DNA of 64,000 nucleotides, from positions 10,475-74,474 of the forward strand of contig NZ_JBBDSR010000070.1 in NCBI RefSeq assembly GCF_040904845.1, written 5' to 3'. Positions 31,250-39,545 of the stretch are shown here, piece by piece. How positions within the stretch are numbered: position 1 is the stretch's first letter; the number at the start of each line of letters is the position of its first letter. A model generated the notes under the pieces. The model had not been told where the DNA came from and did not search any database. It saw nothing but the letters and a program-made list of their open reading frames with translations. The stretch comes from Marinobacter sp. Lineage in GTDB: Bacteria > Pseudomonadota > Gammaproteobacteria > Pseudomonadales > Oleiphilaceae. A program made the position numbers and the translations under genes.

Positions 31250-32539
31250 TCAGAATACCTGAGGCTGCTGCATAAAAGCCTGCAACACCCGATACAGAGT
31301 GAAACCGTCTTCGGTGCCGGTCATTTCACGGATCGAGTGCATGCCCAACTGGGGCACGCCGATATCCAGCGTGGTCACCCCAAGGTTCCCCGCCGTCAGC
31401 GGACCGATGGTGCTGCCACAGCCCATATCACTGCGCACCACAAAGGTCTGGTAAGGCAGCCCCAGCTCGTCGCTGATGAGACGATAGACGCCTGCGGAGC
31501 GGCTGTTACTGGCGTAGCGCTGATTGTGATTGACCTTGATAACCGGGCCCTGGTTGAGCAGCGGGCCATGGTTCTCGTCATGACGATCCGCGTAGTTGGG
31601 GTGAACGCCGTGGGCATTATCCGCCGAGATCATCATCGAACGGGCAATGGCACGGGACTTGTCCGCCCCACACCAACGATCCAGGACCGCTGACAGGAAG
31701 GGCCCCTGGGCACCCTCGGCCGACATGCTCCCAACTTCTTCATGGTCGTTGCAGACCAGCAGCGCGGGTTCGTCACCCGAGGCGTCCATCAACGCCTGCA
31801 ACCCGATGTAGCAGCTGAGCAGGTTATCCAGCCGCGCCGAGGCAATAAACTCGTCCCGCAGTCCCACAAAGGACGCACCGCACGCATCGTAAAAGCCCAG
31901 CTCATAACCCAGCACCTTGCGCACCTGAATACCGGATTCGCTGGCGATCTGGTGTTCCAGCAGCGACGCAAAGGTGGTGGTATCGGAATCCGGCACCTGC
32001 ATCATGACCGGTGGCAGGTCCGTCTGAGCGTTGATGGTGCGGTTGCTGTTGGCCTCACGATCCAGGTGAATCGCCAGGCTGGGTATGAACGCTACCGGCT
32101 TACGGAAATCCACGAGCGTATCCCTGACCGTGCCAGCGTCATCCAGCACGGTAACGCGACCCGCCAGCGACAGGTCACGATCAAACCAGGGGTTCAGCAA
32201 CACACCGCCGTAGACCTCGACACCCAGCTGAAAAAAACCTTTACGGCGCAGTTCCGGGTTCGGTTTTACCTTCAGGCAGGGGCTGTCCGTATGTGCACCC
32301 ACCATGCGGACGCCCTTGCCGACCACATCGCCCTGCCCGGTCCGAAATGCGACAATGGATGAGCCATTGCGAATCACGTAGTAGCCCTGCCCTGGCTTCA
32401 GCGCCCATTCGTCTTTCTCATCCAACGCCGTAAAGCCGGCCTCATCGAGACGATCCTTCATGGTGGCCACTGCGTGCCAGGGAGTTGGTGAGGAATCGAG
32501 AAAGTTCAGCAGACCTTGATTAAACTGCGCGTGTTCCAT
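31250..32539 (-). CDS. apeB: M18-family aminopeptidase (aspartyl aminopeptidase-like)
   Basis: N-terminus [28 protein letters not shown] and DHEEVGS motifs are present. Start trimmed from 32647 to ATG 32539 (AGGAG Shine-Dalgarno). Confidence 0.85.
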   Translation of the reverse strand: MEHAQFNQGLLNFLDSSPTPWHAVATMKDRLDEAGFTALDEKDEWALKPGQGYYVIRNGSSIVAFRTGQGDVVGKGVRMVGAHTDSPCLKVKPNPELRRKGFFQLGVEVYGGVLLNPWFDRDLSLAGRVTVLDDAGTVRDTLVDFRKPVAFIPSLAIHLDREANSNRTINAQTDLPPVMMQVPDSDTTTFASLLEHQIASESGIQVRKVLGYELGFYDACGASFVGLRDEFIASARLDNLLSCYIGLQALMDASGDEPALLVCNDHEEVGSMSAEGAQGPFLSAVLDRWCGADKSRAIARSMMISADNAHGVHPNYADRHDENHGPLLNQGPVIKVNHNQRYASNSRSAGVYRLISDELGLPYQTFVVRSDMGCGSTIGPLTAGNLGVTTLDIGVPQLGMHSIREMTGTEDGFTLYRVLQAFMQQPQVF

Positions 32540-32634
32540 GATGCTCCTGATTAACTGATAATACTGGGAACAGTATGGCACGAAGCCAATAACCGATACA
32601 CATTCACCTGGCACGACAGCACCGGGAGTTAACC

Positions 32635-33117
32635 TTGCCACTACCACGATTTCTTGACATCGAATACTGCCAGACCGACGACACCGTCTTCCCCACCGCC
32701 ATGTCCTGGTCGTTGGAGGACGGACGACTGAAAACCGTGGTCATCGCGCCGGACGACAGCTGGATTTCCGAAGACAGCGACCTGGGCGACGTCGACCTGC
32801 TCTACCTGGAGGAACAGGGCGTACCAGTGATTGAGCTGGCGCAGGAACTACACCAGGACCTGCCGGACCAGACCGTCTTCACCGATGGCATGGACCCGGA
32901 CGAGATTCTGGTGGATCTGATCTTCACCGCCGTCAGCATGGAGCCACCGTTCGAAGTGGCTCCGATCACCGAGCTGATCACCACCCTCGACACCGACAGC
33001 CTCGAAGACCGCCGCCGCCAACTGCTGTTCGACGAAGGGCTGGAACCCACACTCTCCGAAAACGGCGTCTATGCCCTGCTGCTGCTCGCGCGGGAAGAAG
33101 GCCTGCTGGAAGACTGA
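32635..33117 (+). CDS. Acidic hypothetical protein (possible degenerate DEDD-exonuclease-like N-terminus)
   Basis: TTG start with GGGAG Shine-Dalgarno 6 nt upstream. FLDIE at aa 6-10. Very acidic composition. No confident family assignment. Confidence 0.4.
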   Translation: MPLPRFLDIEYCQTDDTVFPTAMSWSLEDGRLKTVVIAPDDSWISEDSDLGDVDLLYLEEQGVPVIELAQELHQDLPDQTVFTDGMDPDEILVDLIFTAVSMEPPFEVAPITELITTLDTDSLEDRRRQLLFDEGLEPTLSENGVYALLLLAREEGLLED

Positions 33118-33203
33118 GGGAAGTGTGACGCGGGTCGACGTAACAGACCGTTACAGAAGGCAGAATCTGCCCGTACCCGCAATCGTCAGGAAAGCCCATA
33201 ACA

Positions 33204-33809
33204 ATGAACAAGGTGTTGCGACATACCCTGCCGGCAGTCCTGCTGCCCATCGCACTGTTTATTAGTGCCGACCTGGCCGCAGCGGGAGAGAAGGCCCGTG
33301 AAGACATGCATTACATCGGCCTGTACGCCACCACCCTGAACCATCGCAGCATCGGCGAAATTTCCAATGAAGCCGCGTGGGGCCAAGTGGGCACTCTGGT
33401 GATCGGCGGCCACATCAGCGACCTGTTCCACGCCGAAGTGCGTGCCGGTGGTGGGTACAAAGACGCCAAAACCGGCGACCTGACCCTCTCCATCGACTAC
33501 TTCGCCAGTTGGTACATCGGCCTGCATTACCCCATCACCCACTACGCCAACGTATACGCCCAGACCGGTTTTTCCCACATCAGCGGAGAAGCAGAGCTGG
33601 CCAACTTCGATGGCGATGGCAACGGCCAGTTCCGGGCGCTCGACGGCGACTTCCCCGACAGCAGCTTCAGCATCAGCTGGCTGGCCGGTCTCGACTTCGA
33701 AGTGATCGACAATGGTTATCTGGTGTTTGAGGGTGGCCGGCTGTTCAAAGACACCGGCTCTGGGGTGAACACCTTCCAGTTTTCCGGCGGTGTCAGGTAT
33801 GAATTCTAG
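33204..33809 (+). CDS. Small outer-membrane beta-barrel protein (OmpW/OmpA-barrel-like)
   Basis: Signal peptide, alternating beta-strand pattern, and a C-terminal aromatic residue (..GGVRYEF). Confidence 0.7.
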   Translation: MNKVLRHTLPAVLLPIALFISADLAAAGEKAREDMHYIGLYATTLNHRSIGEISNEAAWGQVGTLVIGGHISDLFHAEVRAGGGYKDAKTGDLTLSIDYFASWYIGLHYPITHYANVYAQTGFSHISGEAELANFDGDGNGQFRALDGDFPDSSFSISWLAGLDFEVIDNGYLVFEGGRLFKDTGSGVNTFQFSGGVRYEF

Positions 33810-33921
33810 TAGGTCGGATTAGCGGAAGCGTAATCCGACAAGATATTTTGCAACATCATTTGGCATGGGTTAGGTGTCGGATTGGTTGGATGTCGGATTA
33901 CGCTTCGCTAATCCGACCTAC
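33809..33921. repeat. REP doublet (REPIN/BIME-like): two inverted REP hairpins
   Basis: GTAGGTCGGATTAGCGGAAGCGTAATCCGACA ... TGTCGGATTACGCTTCGCTAATCCGACCTAC. The arms are complementary except for a 1-nt indel. Each arm is itself a CGGATTA/TAATCCG hairpin. A second copy lies at 46102-46196. Confidence 0.85.
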
Positions 33922-33947
33922 GAAGGGTACGAAGGGTACGAAGGGTA
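33919..33947. repeat. 9-bp tandem repeat (TACGAAGGG x3 plus partial)
   Basis: TACGAAGGG TACGAAGGG TACGAAGGG TA. The first unit overlaps the CCTAC end of the REP doublet. Confidence 0.85.
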
Positions 33948-33969
33948 AAAGATAGCAGAGAGCTCTGAG

Positions 33970-34078
33970 AGGCCGGGTGTGGCCCTCCCCCGGGATTGTC
34001 GGAGGCCATGGATGGCCGGAGATCAAGCGCACATGGATGTGCTCGTAGCGTATCCCGGGGGAGGGCCACACCTGGCCT
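33970..34078. repeat. 27-bp inverted repeat with 55-bp structured spacer
   Basis: AGGCCGGGTGTGGCCCTCCCCCGGGAT ... ATCCCGGGGGAGGGCCACACCTGGCCT (26/27 complementary). The spacer holds GGCCATGGATGGCC and GCACATGGATGTGC palindromes. It ends 13 nt from the rlmL stop. Confidence 0.8.
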
Positions 34079-34091
34079 GTGCTCCAAAACA

Positions 34092-36266
34092 TCAAATCCG
34101 GTGGCGGATATGAAAGCACCGGTGAATCCGCGCATTGCGCTGGAAATCCTTGTCGAGGGTATCCCGCGACACCTCCTCAATGGCGAACTCCTGCTCCAGC
34201 GCCTCATCTAGCTTGAAGCGCCGGAAATTGTTCGAGAAAATCAGCAGCCCTTCGGACGTCAGCCGCTGCATCGCCTGGCGCACCAGCTTGCCGTGATCCT
34301 TCTGAATATCCAGCACCCCGGCCATGCGGGCCGAATTCGAGAAGGTCGGCGGGTCCATAAAGATCAGATCAAACCGCTGGTCCGGTGACGGCTTCGCCGC
34401 CAGCCACGCCAGACAATCCGCCTGCTCCACCAGATGATGGCGTGCATCTGCCCGATTCAGCGCCAGATTGTCCTGCGCCCAGTTCACATAGGTCTTCGAC
34501 ATATCCAGGCTCAGCGACCGGGCGGCCCCTCCCACCGCCGCGTGCACCGTCGCTGCCCCGGTGTAACAGAACAGATTCAGGAACCGCTTGCCAGCGGCAT
34601 GCTGCTGAATCCAGTGGCGGACCGGGCGATGATCCAGAAACAGCCCGGTATCCAGATAATCCTTGAGGTTCACCTTCAACACACAGCCGTGCTCGTGAAC
34701 GTTGAAAAACTCACCACTGGCCGCCTGCTTCTCGTACTGGGACGTGCCCGTCTGACGCTGGCGCTGTTTGCACACCATCGCGTCCCGCTCAATACCCAGA
34801 GCGTCCGGAATCACTGCCATGGCCTCCGCCAGCCGCTCACGCGCAGCGCGCGCATCGACCGACTTGGGTGCAGCGTATTCCTGCACATGCACCAACCCGT
34901 CATACACATCAATCGCCAACGCAAATTCCGGCATATCCGCGTCATACAACCGATAGCACTCTATGCCCTGCTTGCGGGCCCACTGCCCTATGGCCTTCTG
35001 ATTTTTCTTCAGCCTGTTAGCAAGCATGGCCGCCCGCTCCGCATTGGCAATGCGGGGCTGAACCTCACCCGGTATACCGGGCTCCCGGGGCGTCATGGCG
35101 CTGACGTCATCCACTGAGAACAGGAGCAACTGGGCTGGCAGCTTGGCGTTGAACAGGTTGTACTGTTTGTAACTGCGCAGCCCGATGGATTTGCCGAACT
35201 CCGGCGCGCCGGTGAACACGCCCAGACGCCACCCCGGAACCGCCGCTTTCACGGCGTCACCCAGGGAACGATACAGCGCCCCCAGTTCCTTGCGTTCACT
35301 CAACCGCTCGCCGTACGGCGGATTGGTCAACACCAGCCCCTGTTCAGCCCATTCACCCTCGAGCGTCAGTTGCTCAACAGCCCGGCACTCCACATGCACC
35401 AACCCGTCCAGGCCCGCGCGCTGAATGTTCTTCCAGGCAGTGGCAATCACCCGGCTGTCCTGATCGTATCCGGCAACCCGCGGCTGCTGACCCTGCTTGC
35501 CTTCATGGGCGCGGCGCTCAGCTTCCTGACGCAGTTGCAGCCACAATTCCGGCTGATGGCCAGGCCAGGTTTCAAACCCAAACCGATCGGTGTTTCGTCC
35601 GGGGGCGATGTCCAGCGCCATCAGGGCCGCTTCGACCGCCAACGTGCCTGAGCCGCACATCGGATCAATAAAATCGCCGCCGGCCTTCGCAATCTCGGGC
35701 CACCCGCCTCGCAGCAGCAGTGCCGCCGCCAGGTTTTCCTTGAGCGGCGCTATGCCCTTGTCGGTGCGATAGCCTCGCATGTGAAGGCTGTGACCACTCA
35801 AATCCAGCCCAAGAGACAGTCGGCCCCGGTTCAGCCGCGCGGAAATCATGACATCCGGCGTTTTGGCGTCGACCGATGGCCGTTGCCCGGTCCCCGAACG
35901 CATACGGTCGACAATGCCATCCTTGACCCGCTGGGCACCGTACTGAGTGTTGCGAATCGCCTCGTTCTGACCCAGGAACAGGACACGGAAACTGCCGTTG
36001 GCGGGAATGTGCTGTTGCCAGTCCAGGTGCACGACACCGTCGTAAAGCTCGTCGCCACTGATGGCACCGACTTCGTCGATATGAAGGATGACCCGGTTCG
36101 CCAGCCGTGACCACAAACACGCCCGGTAACCACTTTCCAGCGGCCCCTCTGCCCACACGCCCGCAGGCGCATTCCGCACCGGCTCCATGCCGAAGGTGCG
36201 AAGTTCATCCGCCAGAAGGTATTCAACACCCTTTGGACAGGTTACGAAAAAGACAGAATCAGACAA
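34092..36266 (-). CDS. rlmL: Bifunctional 23S rRNA (G2445-N2)/(G2069-N7) methyltransferase RlmKL
   Basis: THUMP plus two SAM-methyltransferase domains (DPMCGSGT, NPPYGERL, DPPTFS). TTG start with GGGAG Shine-Dalgarno. Same neighbourhood (pyrD, rmf) as in E. coli. Confidence 0.9.
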   Translation of the reverse strand: MSDSVFFVTCPKGVEYLLADELRTFGMEPVRNAPAGVWAEGPLESGYRACLWSRLANRVILHIDEVGAISGDELYDGVVHLDWQQHIPANGSFRVLFLGQNEAIRNTQYGAQRVKDGIVDRMRSGTGQRPSVDAKTPDVMISARLNRGRLSLGLDLSGHSLHMRGYRTDKGIAPLKENLAAALLLRGGWPEIAKAGGDFIDPMCGSGTLAVEAALMALDIAPGRNTDRFGFETWPGHQPELWLQLRQEAERRAHEGKQGQQPRVAGYDQDSRVIATAWKNIQRAGLDGLVHVECRAVEQLTLEGEWAEQGLVLTNPPYGERLSERKELGALYRSLGDAVKAAVPGWRLGVFTGAPEFGKSIGLRSYKQYNLFNAKLPAQLLLFSVDDVSAMTPREPGIPGEVQPRIANAERAAMLANRLKKNQKAIGQWARKQGIECYRLYDADMPEFALAIDVYDGLVHVQEYAAPKSVDARAARERLAEAMAVIPDALGIERDAMVCKQRQRQTGTSQYEKQAASGEFFNVHEHGCVLKVNLKDYLDTGLFLDHRPVRHWIQQHAAGKRFLNLFCYTGAATVHAAVGGAARSLSLDMSKTYVNWAQDNLALNRADARHHLVEQADCLAWLAAKPSPDQRFDLIFMDPPTFSNSARMAGVLDIQKDHGKLVRQAMQRLTSEGLLIFSNNFRRFKLDEALEQEFAIEEVSRDTLDKDFQRNARIHRCFHIRHRI

Positions 36267-36585
36267 GTTCTACTCCCGGAATAAACGACATTCGGCTAAC
36301 TGCATGGTATGGCGCATTTTCTCATGAAAGGCGCGCTTTCGTTATGTCACACAACTATAAGAGAAGCTTCATATAGATGAAATAATTAGTGTACATCGGC
36401 GCGAGGTTCGAACTACCTTGTAAGTGACGCGTCGTTCGGGAGAACCGAAAAGGTTCTCCGTTAACAGGATCCTGACTGCTCTGGCCGGAGCTGGCAATAG
36501 TGGAAAGTCCCGGAGGGACTCCAACTGCCTGGGCCACTGCAGAAGTGTACACGCTTGTTCTGTTAATCCATCAGTGAGGAACGGC

Positions 36586-36795
36586 ATGAAAAGACAGAAA
36601 AGAGATATGTACGCTCGTGCATTCAAACGGGGTTATCTGGCCGGTGTGTCCGGCAAATCCAAAGACAGCTGCCCGTTGGAACAGGCTGAAGCCCACCAGG
36701 AGTGGGTAAACGGGTGGCGCGAAGGCCGCACAGATCAATGGGAGGGCATGACCGGCGTATCCGGCATCCACAGACTGGCAAACGTCACGGCGTGA
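36586..36795 (+). CDS. rmf: Ribosome modulation factor
   Basis: MKRQKRD..RGY.AG..GKSKD.CP......W..GWREG matches Rmf. Start trimmed from 36424 to ATG 36586 (GAGGA Shine-Dalgarno). Confidence 0.85.
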   Translation: MKRQKRDMYARAFKRGYLAGVSGKSKDSCPLEQAEAHQEWVNGWREGRTDQWEGMTGVSGIHRLANVTA

Positions 36796-36923
36796 CGTCC
36801 ATGACCCCCGATCTTTAGTCTGATCTTTTATACACACAATTTGACGCAGTACACAGAGCAACCAAAACGGGTCCTCCCGACCCGTACCATGCGATGAAAC
36901 GCCACGGGGTTCGTTCCCCGCAC

Positions 36924-36952
36924 GGGCCCGCTTAGCGGGCCCATTTTCGTTT
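36924..36952 (+). terminator. Rho-independent terminator (likely for rmf)
   Basis: GGGCCCGC-TTA-GCGGGCCC followed by ATTTTCGTTT. It abuts the pyrD stop. Confidence 0.6.
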
Positions 36953-37976
36953 ATGCCTGCGACAACTGGCGAATCGCTTCCACCGCCTCTTTAATCAATG
37001 CCGGGCCACGATAGATAAATCCGGTATAGACCTGAACCAATTTTGCACCCGCCTGAATCTTCTCGGCCGCGCTGGCACCGTCCACAATGCCACCCACGCC
37101 AATAATCGGCAGATCCTCACCCAATTCCGCATAGAGGCCACGAATGAGTCTCAGGGACGGCTCACGCACCGGTGCGCCGCTCAACCCTCCAGCCTCGTTC
37201 GCGTGGGCATGGCCTTGCACCGCATCGCGGCTGATGGTGGTGTTGGTGGCAATGACGCCGTCGAGCCCGGAATCCCGCAGCGCGTGTGCGACAAAGCGGA
37301 TGCCTTCGTCGGCCATATCCGGGGCAATCTTGACGGCGATCGGAACGTAGCGGGAATGGAGCCCTTCGCATTCGACCTGCTGGTGCTTGATGGCCTCGAG
37401 CAGACGTTTGAGGGAGTCGCCGAACTGAAGGTCCCGCAGCCCAGGCGTATTGGGCGATGACACATTCACGGTAATGTAGTCCGCCCGGGAATAAACCGCC
37501 GCGATGCCTTTGCGGTAGTCTGACTCCGATTCTTCGTTTGGCGTATCCTTGTTTTTGCCTACGTTGATACCGAGGATTCCCCGGTACTGGCGCTTGTCGA
37601 CCTGCGCGATCAGATGGTCCAGACCCTCATTGTTAAACCCCATTCGATTAATGATGGCCTGGTGTTCTGGCAAGCGGAACATTCGCGGTTTCGGGTTGCC
37701 GGGCTGAGCCCGCGGTGTCACGGTGCCAACTTCAATAAACCCGAACCCCAGCGCACCCAGCGCACCCAGGTGATCCGCGTTTTTATCCAGCCCTGCAGCC
37801 AGCCCCACGGGGTTTGGAAAGTCCAGACCCATAACATTCACCGGGCATGCCTCTATTCTCGGCGAGCAGGCCTTTAGCACACCGAGGCGGTTAGCCAGGT
37901 CGAGCCCCGACAAAGCGAGGGCGTGTGCCTGCTCAGGGGGCAACCGAAACAACAGGTGGCGAATAGCACCGTACAT
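36951..37976 (-). CDS. pyrD: Dihydroorotate dehydrogenase (quinone), class 2
   Basis: GLAAGLDKN, GFIEVGTVTP, NVSSPNTPGLR and GVGGI motifs are present. Confidence 0.95.
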   Translation of the reverse strand: MYGAIRHLLFRLPPEQAHALALSGLDLANRLGVLKACSPRIEACPVNVMGLDFPNPVGLAAGLDKNADHLGALGALGFGFIEVGTVTPRAQPGNPKPRMFRLPEHQAIINRMGFNNEGLDHLIAQVDKRQYRGILGINVGKNKDTPNEESESDYRKGIAAVYSRADYITVNVSSPNTPGLRDLQFGDSLKRLLEAIKHQQVECEGLHSRYVPIAVKIAPDMADEGIRFVAHALRDSGLDGVIATNTTISRDAVQGHAHANEAGGLSGAPVREPSLRLIRGLYAELGEDLPIIGVGGIVDGASAAEKIQAGAKLVQVYTGFIYRGPALIKEAVEAIRQLSQA

Positions 37977-38021
37977 GGAAAGAAACTCCTTGCCTTTGAG
38001 TGCCGCGGAGTATACCGGAAG

Positions 38022-38030
38022 TTGTCCACA
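38022..38030. promoter_or_regulatory. DnaA-box-like 9-mer (1 mismatch)
   Basis: TTGTCCACA versus consensus TTATCCACA. Confidence 0.3.
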
Positions 38031-38089
38031 GCATCTTCCAACTTACTCATTTAACCCGCAAACCCGCGTCATGTGGACGTCTCGTAAGC

Positions 38090-38112
38090 TTTTCCACGGA
38101 ATCTGTGGATAA
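38090..38112. promoter_or_regulatory. Inverted pair of DnaA-box-like 9-mers (one perfect)
   Basis: TTTTCCACG-gaatc-TGTGGATAA. The right-hand 9-mer is the exact reverse complement of TTATCCACA. An AT-rich tract with two GATC sites follows at 38170-38260. Confidence 0.35.
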
Positions 38113-38384
38113 ACCTGTGCAAAATCGCGGGGCAACGGTTCCCATCCCTTGATAACTGCGCCAGCCTACAGATTGATCATTTTTTGATCAGCTATTTTTA
38201 TGTTTAATTTCAATGATTTATAAAATATTTCCTAATTGGGCCAATGCGCCCTCACACGATGTTACGGTTTCACTGTTTTGTCACGATGTGCATAAATTAC
38301 ACAGAAGTACCACTTTTTGCTCTGTGGCCAATCAGGTCGCGATTTGTCGTTATAATGGCGGTGAAATTGCCAAGGAAGCTTCGC

Positions 38385-39545
38385 ATGTCACAACCACCGA
38401 GTTCGTCAGTCCGTCACGGTACCGGACTGGACGCCGAGCGTCAGGCCGCAACACATGTCACCATAATAGGCATGTTACTGGATGCCGCTCTGGGTGTCAT
38501 TAAAGTCATCGCCGGTGCACTTTTTCATTCCCAGGCGCTGCTCGTCGACGGCATTCACTCGTTCACAGACGTCGCCTCGGACTTTGTGGTACTCGGCGTT
38601 ATGCGTGCGTCCCGCCGGGCCCCGGATCAGAATCATCCCTACGGCCACCAGCGAATTGAGACCATGGGGACCATGGTGCTCGGTAGCATACTGATCGCCG
38701 TTGGTGCGGCTCTGGCCTGGGATAATATTCTGCGGCTGATGGCCGGTGCCGGTCACCAGCTACCGGGCTGGCCCGTTCTGGTTGCAGCGGCCGCTTCGGT
38801 AATCGGAAAAGAGTGGATCTACCGCTATACCCGGCGAGTGGGAGAATCCATTCGCTCCGAACTGATCATTGCCAATGCCTGGCACAGCCGCACAGACGCT
38901 TTCTCGTCGGTGATTGTGCTGTTTTCCACCCTCGGCGCAATGGCGGGCTTTATCGTGCTCGATATCCTGGCGGCCGTGGTCATTGCAGGCATTGTGATTC
39001 ACATTGGCTGGAAATTCACCTGGAGCGCCGTCAAGGAACTGGTGGATACCGGCCTGTCACCGGAAGACACCGACAGGCTGAAAGCCATTGCCCGTGACAC
39101 CGAGGGCGTGCGCAACGTTCACGAGTTGCGCAGCCGCCGGATGGGCCACGACATCCTCCTGGATGTCCATCTGGTGGTAAGGCCTGAAATCAGCGTATCC
39201 GAAGGCCATCAGATTGGTATGCGGGTCGTGACCGGTATGCGGGATGTGCTGGACAACATCCTCGACATCAACTTCCACATTGACGCGGAAAACGACGAGA
39301 GCCACACCCAGACGTCTGAGCAACTGCCGTCCAGGGAAGACATTCACGGGTTGCTTGTGGAACACCTCGGCGAACTGCCGCCCCACACCCGAATGCACCT
39401 GCACTACCTCCGCAACAAGGTTTACATGGAGCTGTTTTTTGACTCGCCGGCCGATACACCCGCGTTCAACAGTTCCGACCTTAGCAGACAATTCGCAGGC
39501 TACCCCTGGTTCGGCAGCTTGCGGGTGTGGTCAGCCAACCCTTAA
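38385..39545 (+). CDS. Cation diffusion facilitator (CDF) family metal transporter with extended C-terminus
   Basis: CDF TM motifs are present (ALLVDGIHSFTDV, AWHSRTDA). Start trimmed from 38244 to ATG 38385 (AAGGAA Shine-Dalgarno). TATAAT box at 38351-38356. Confidence 0.85.
   Translation: MSQPPSSSVRHGTGLDAERQAATHVTIIGMLLDAALGVIKVIAGALFHSQALLVDGIHSFTDVASDFVVLGVMRASRRAPDQNHPYGHQRIETMGTMVLGSILIAVGAALAWDNILRLMAGAGHQLPGWPVLVAAAASVIGKEWIYRYTRRVGESIRSELIIANAWHSRTDAFSSVIVLFSTLGAMAGFIVLDILAAVVIAGIVIHIGWKFTWSAVKELVDTGLSPEDTDRLKAIARDTEGVRNVHELRSRRMGHDILLDVHLVVRPEISVSEGHQIGMRVVTGMRDVLDNILDINFHIDAENDESHTQTSEQLPSREDIHGLLVEHLGELPPHTRMHLHYLRNKVYMELFFDSPADTPAFNSSDLSRQFAGYPWFGSLRVWSANP

Noticed and set aside
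33919-33947. Whether the tandem 9-mers or the REP doublets could be a miniature CRISPR array.
   Set aside because: The repeat units are contiguous with no spacers, far shorter than CRISPR repeats, and no cas genes are present.
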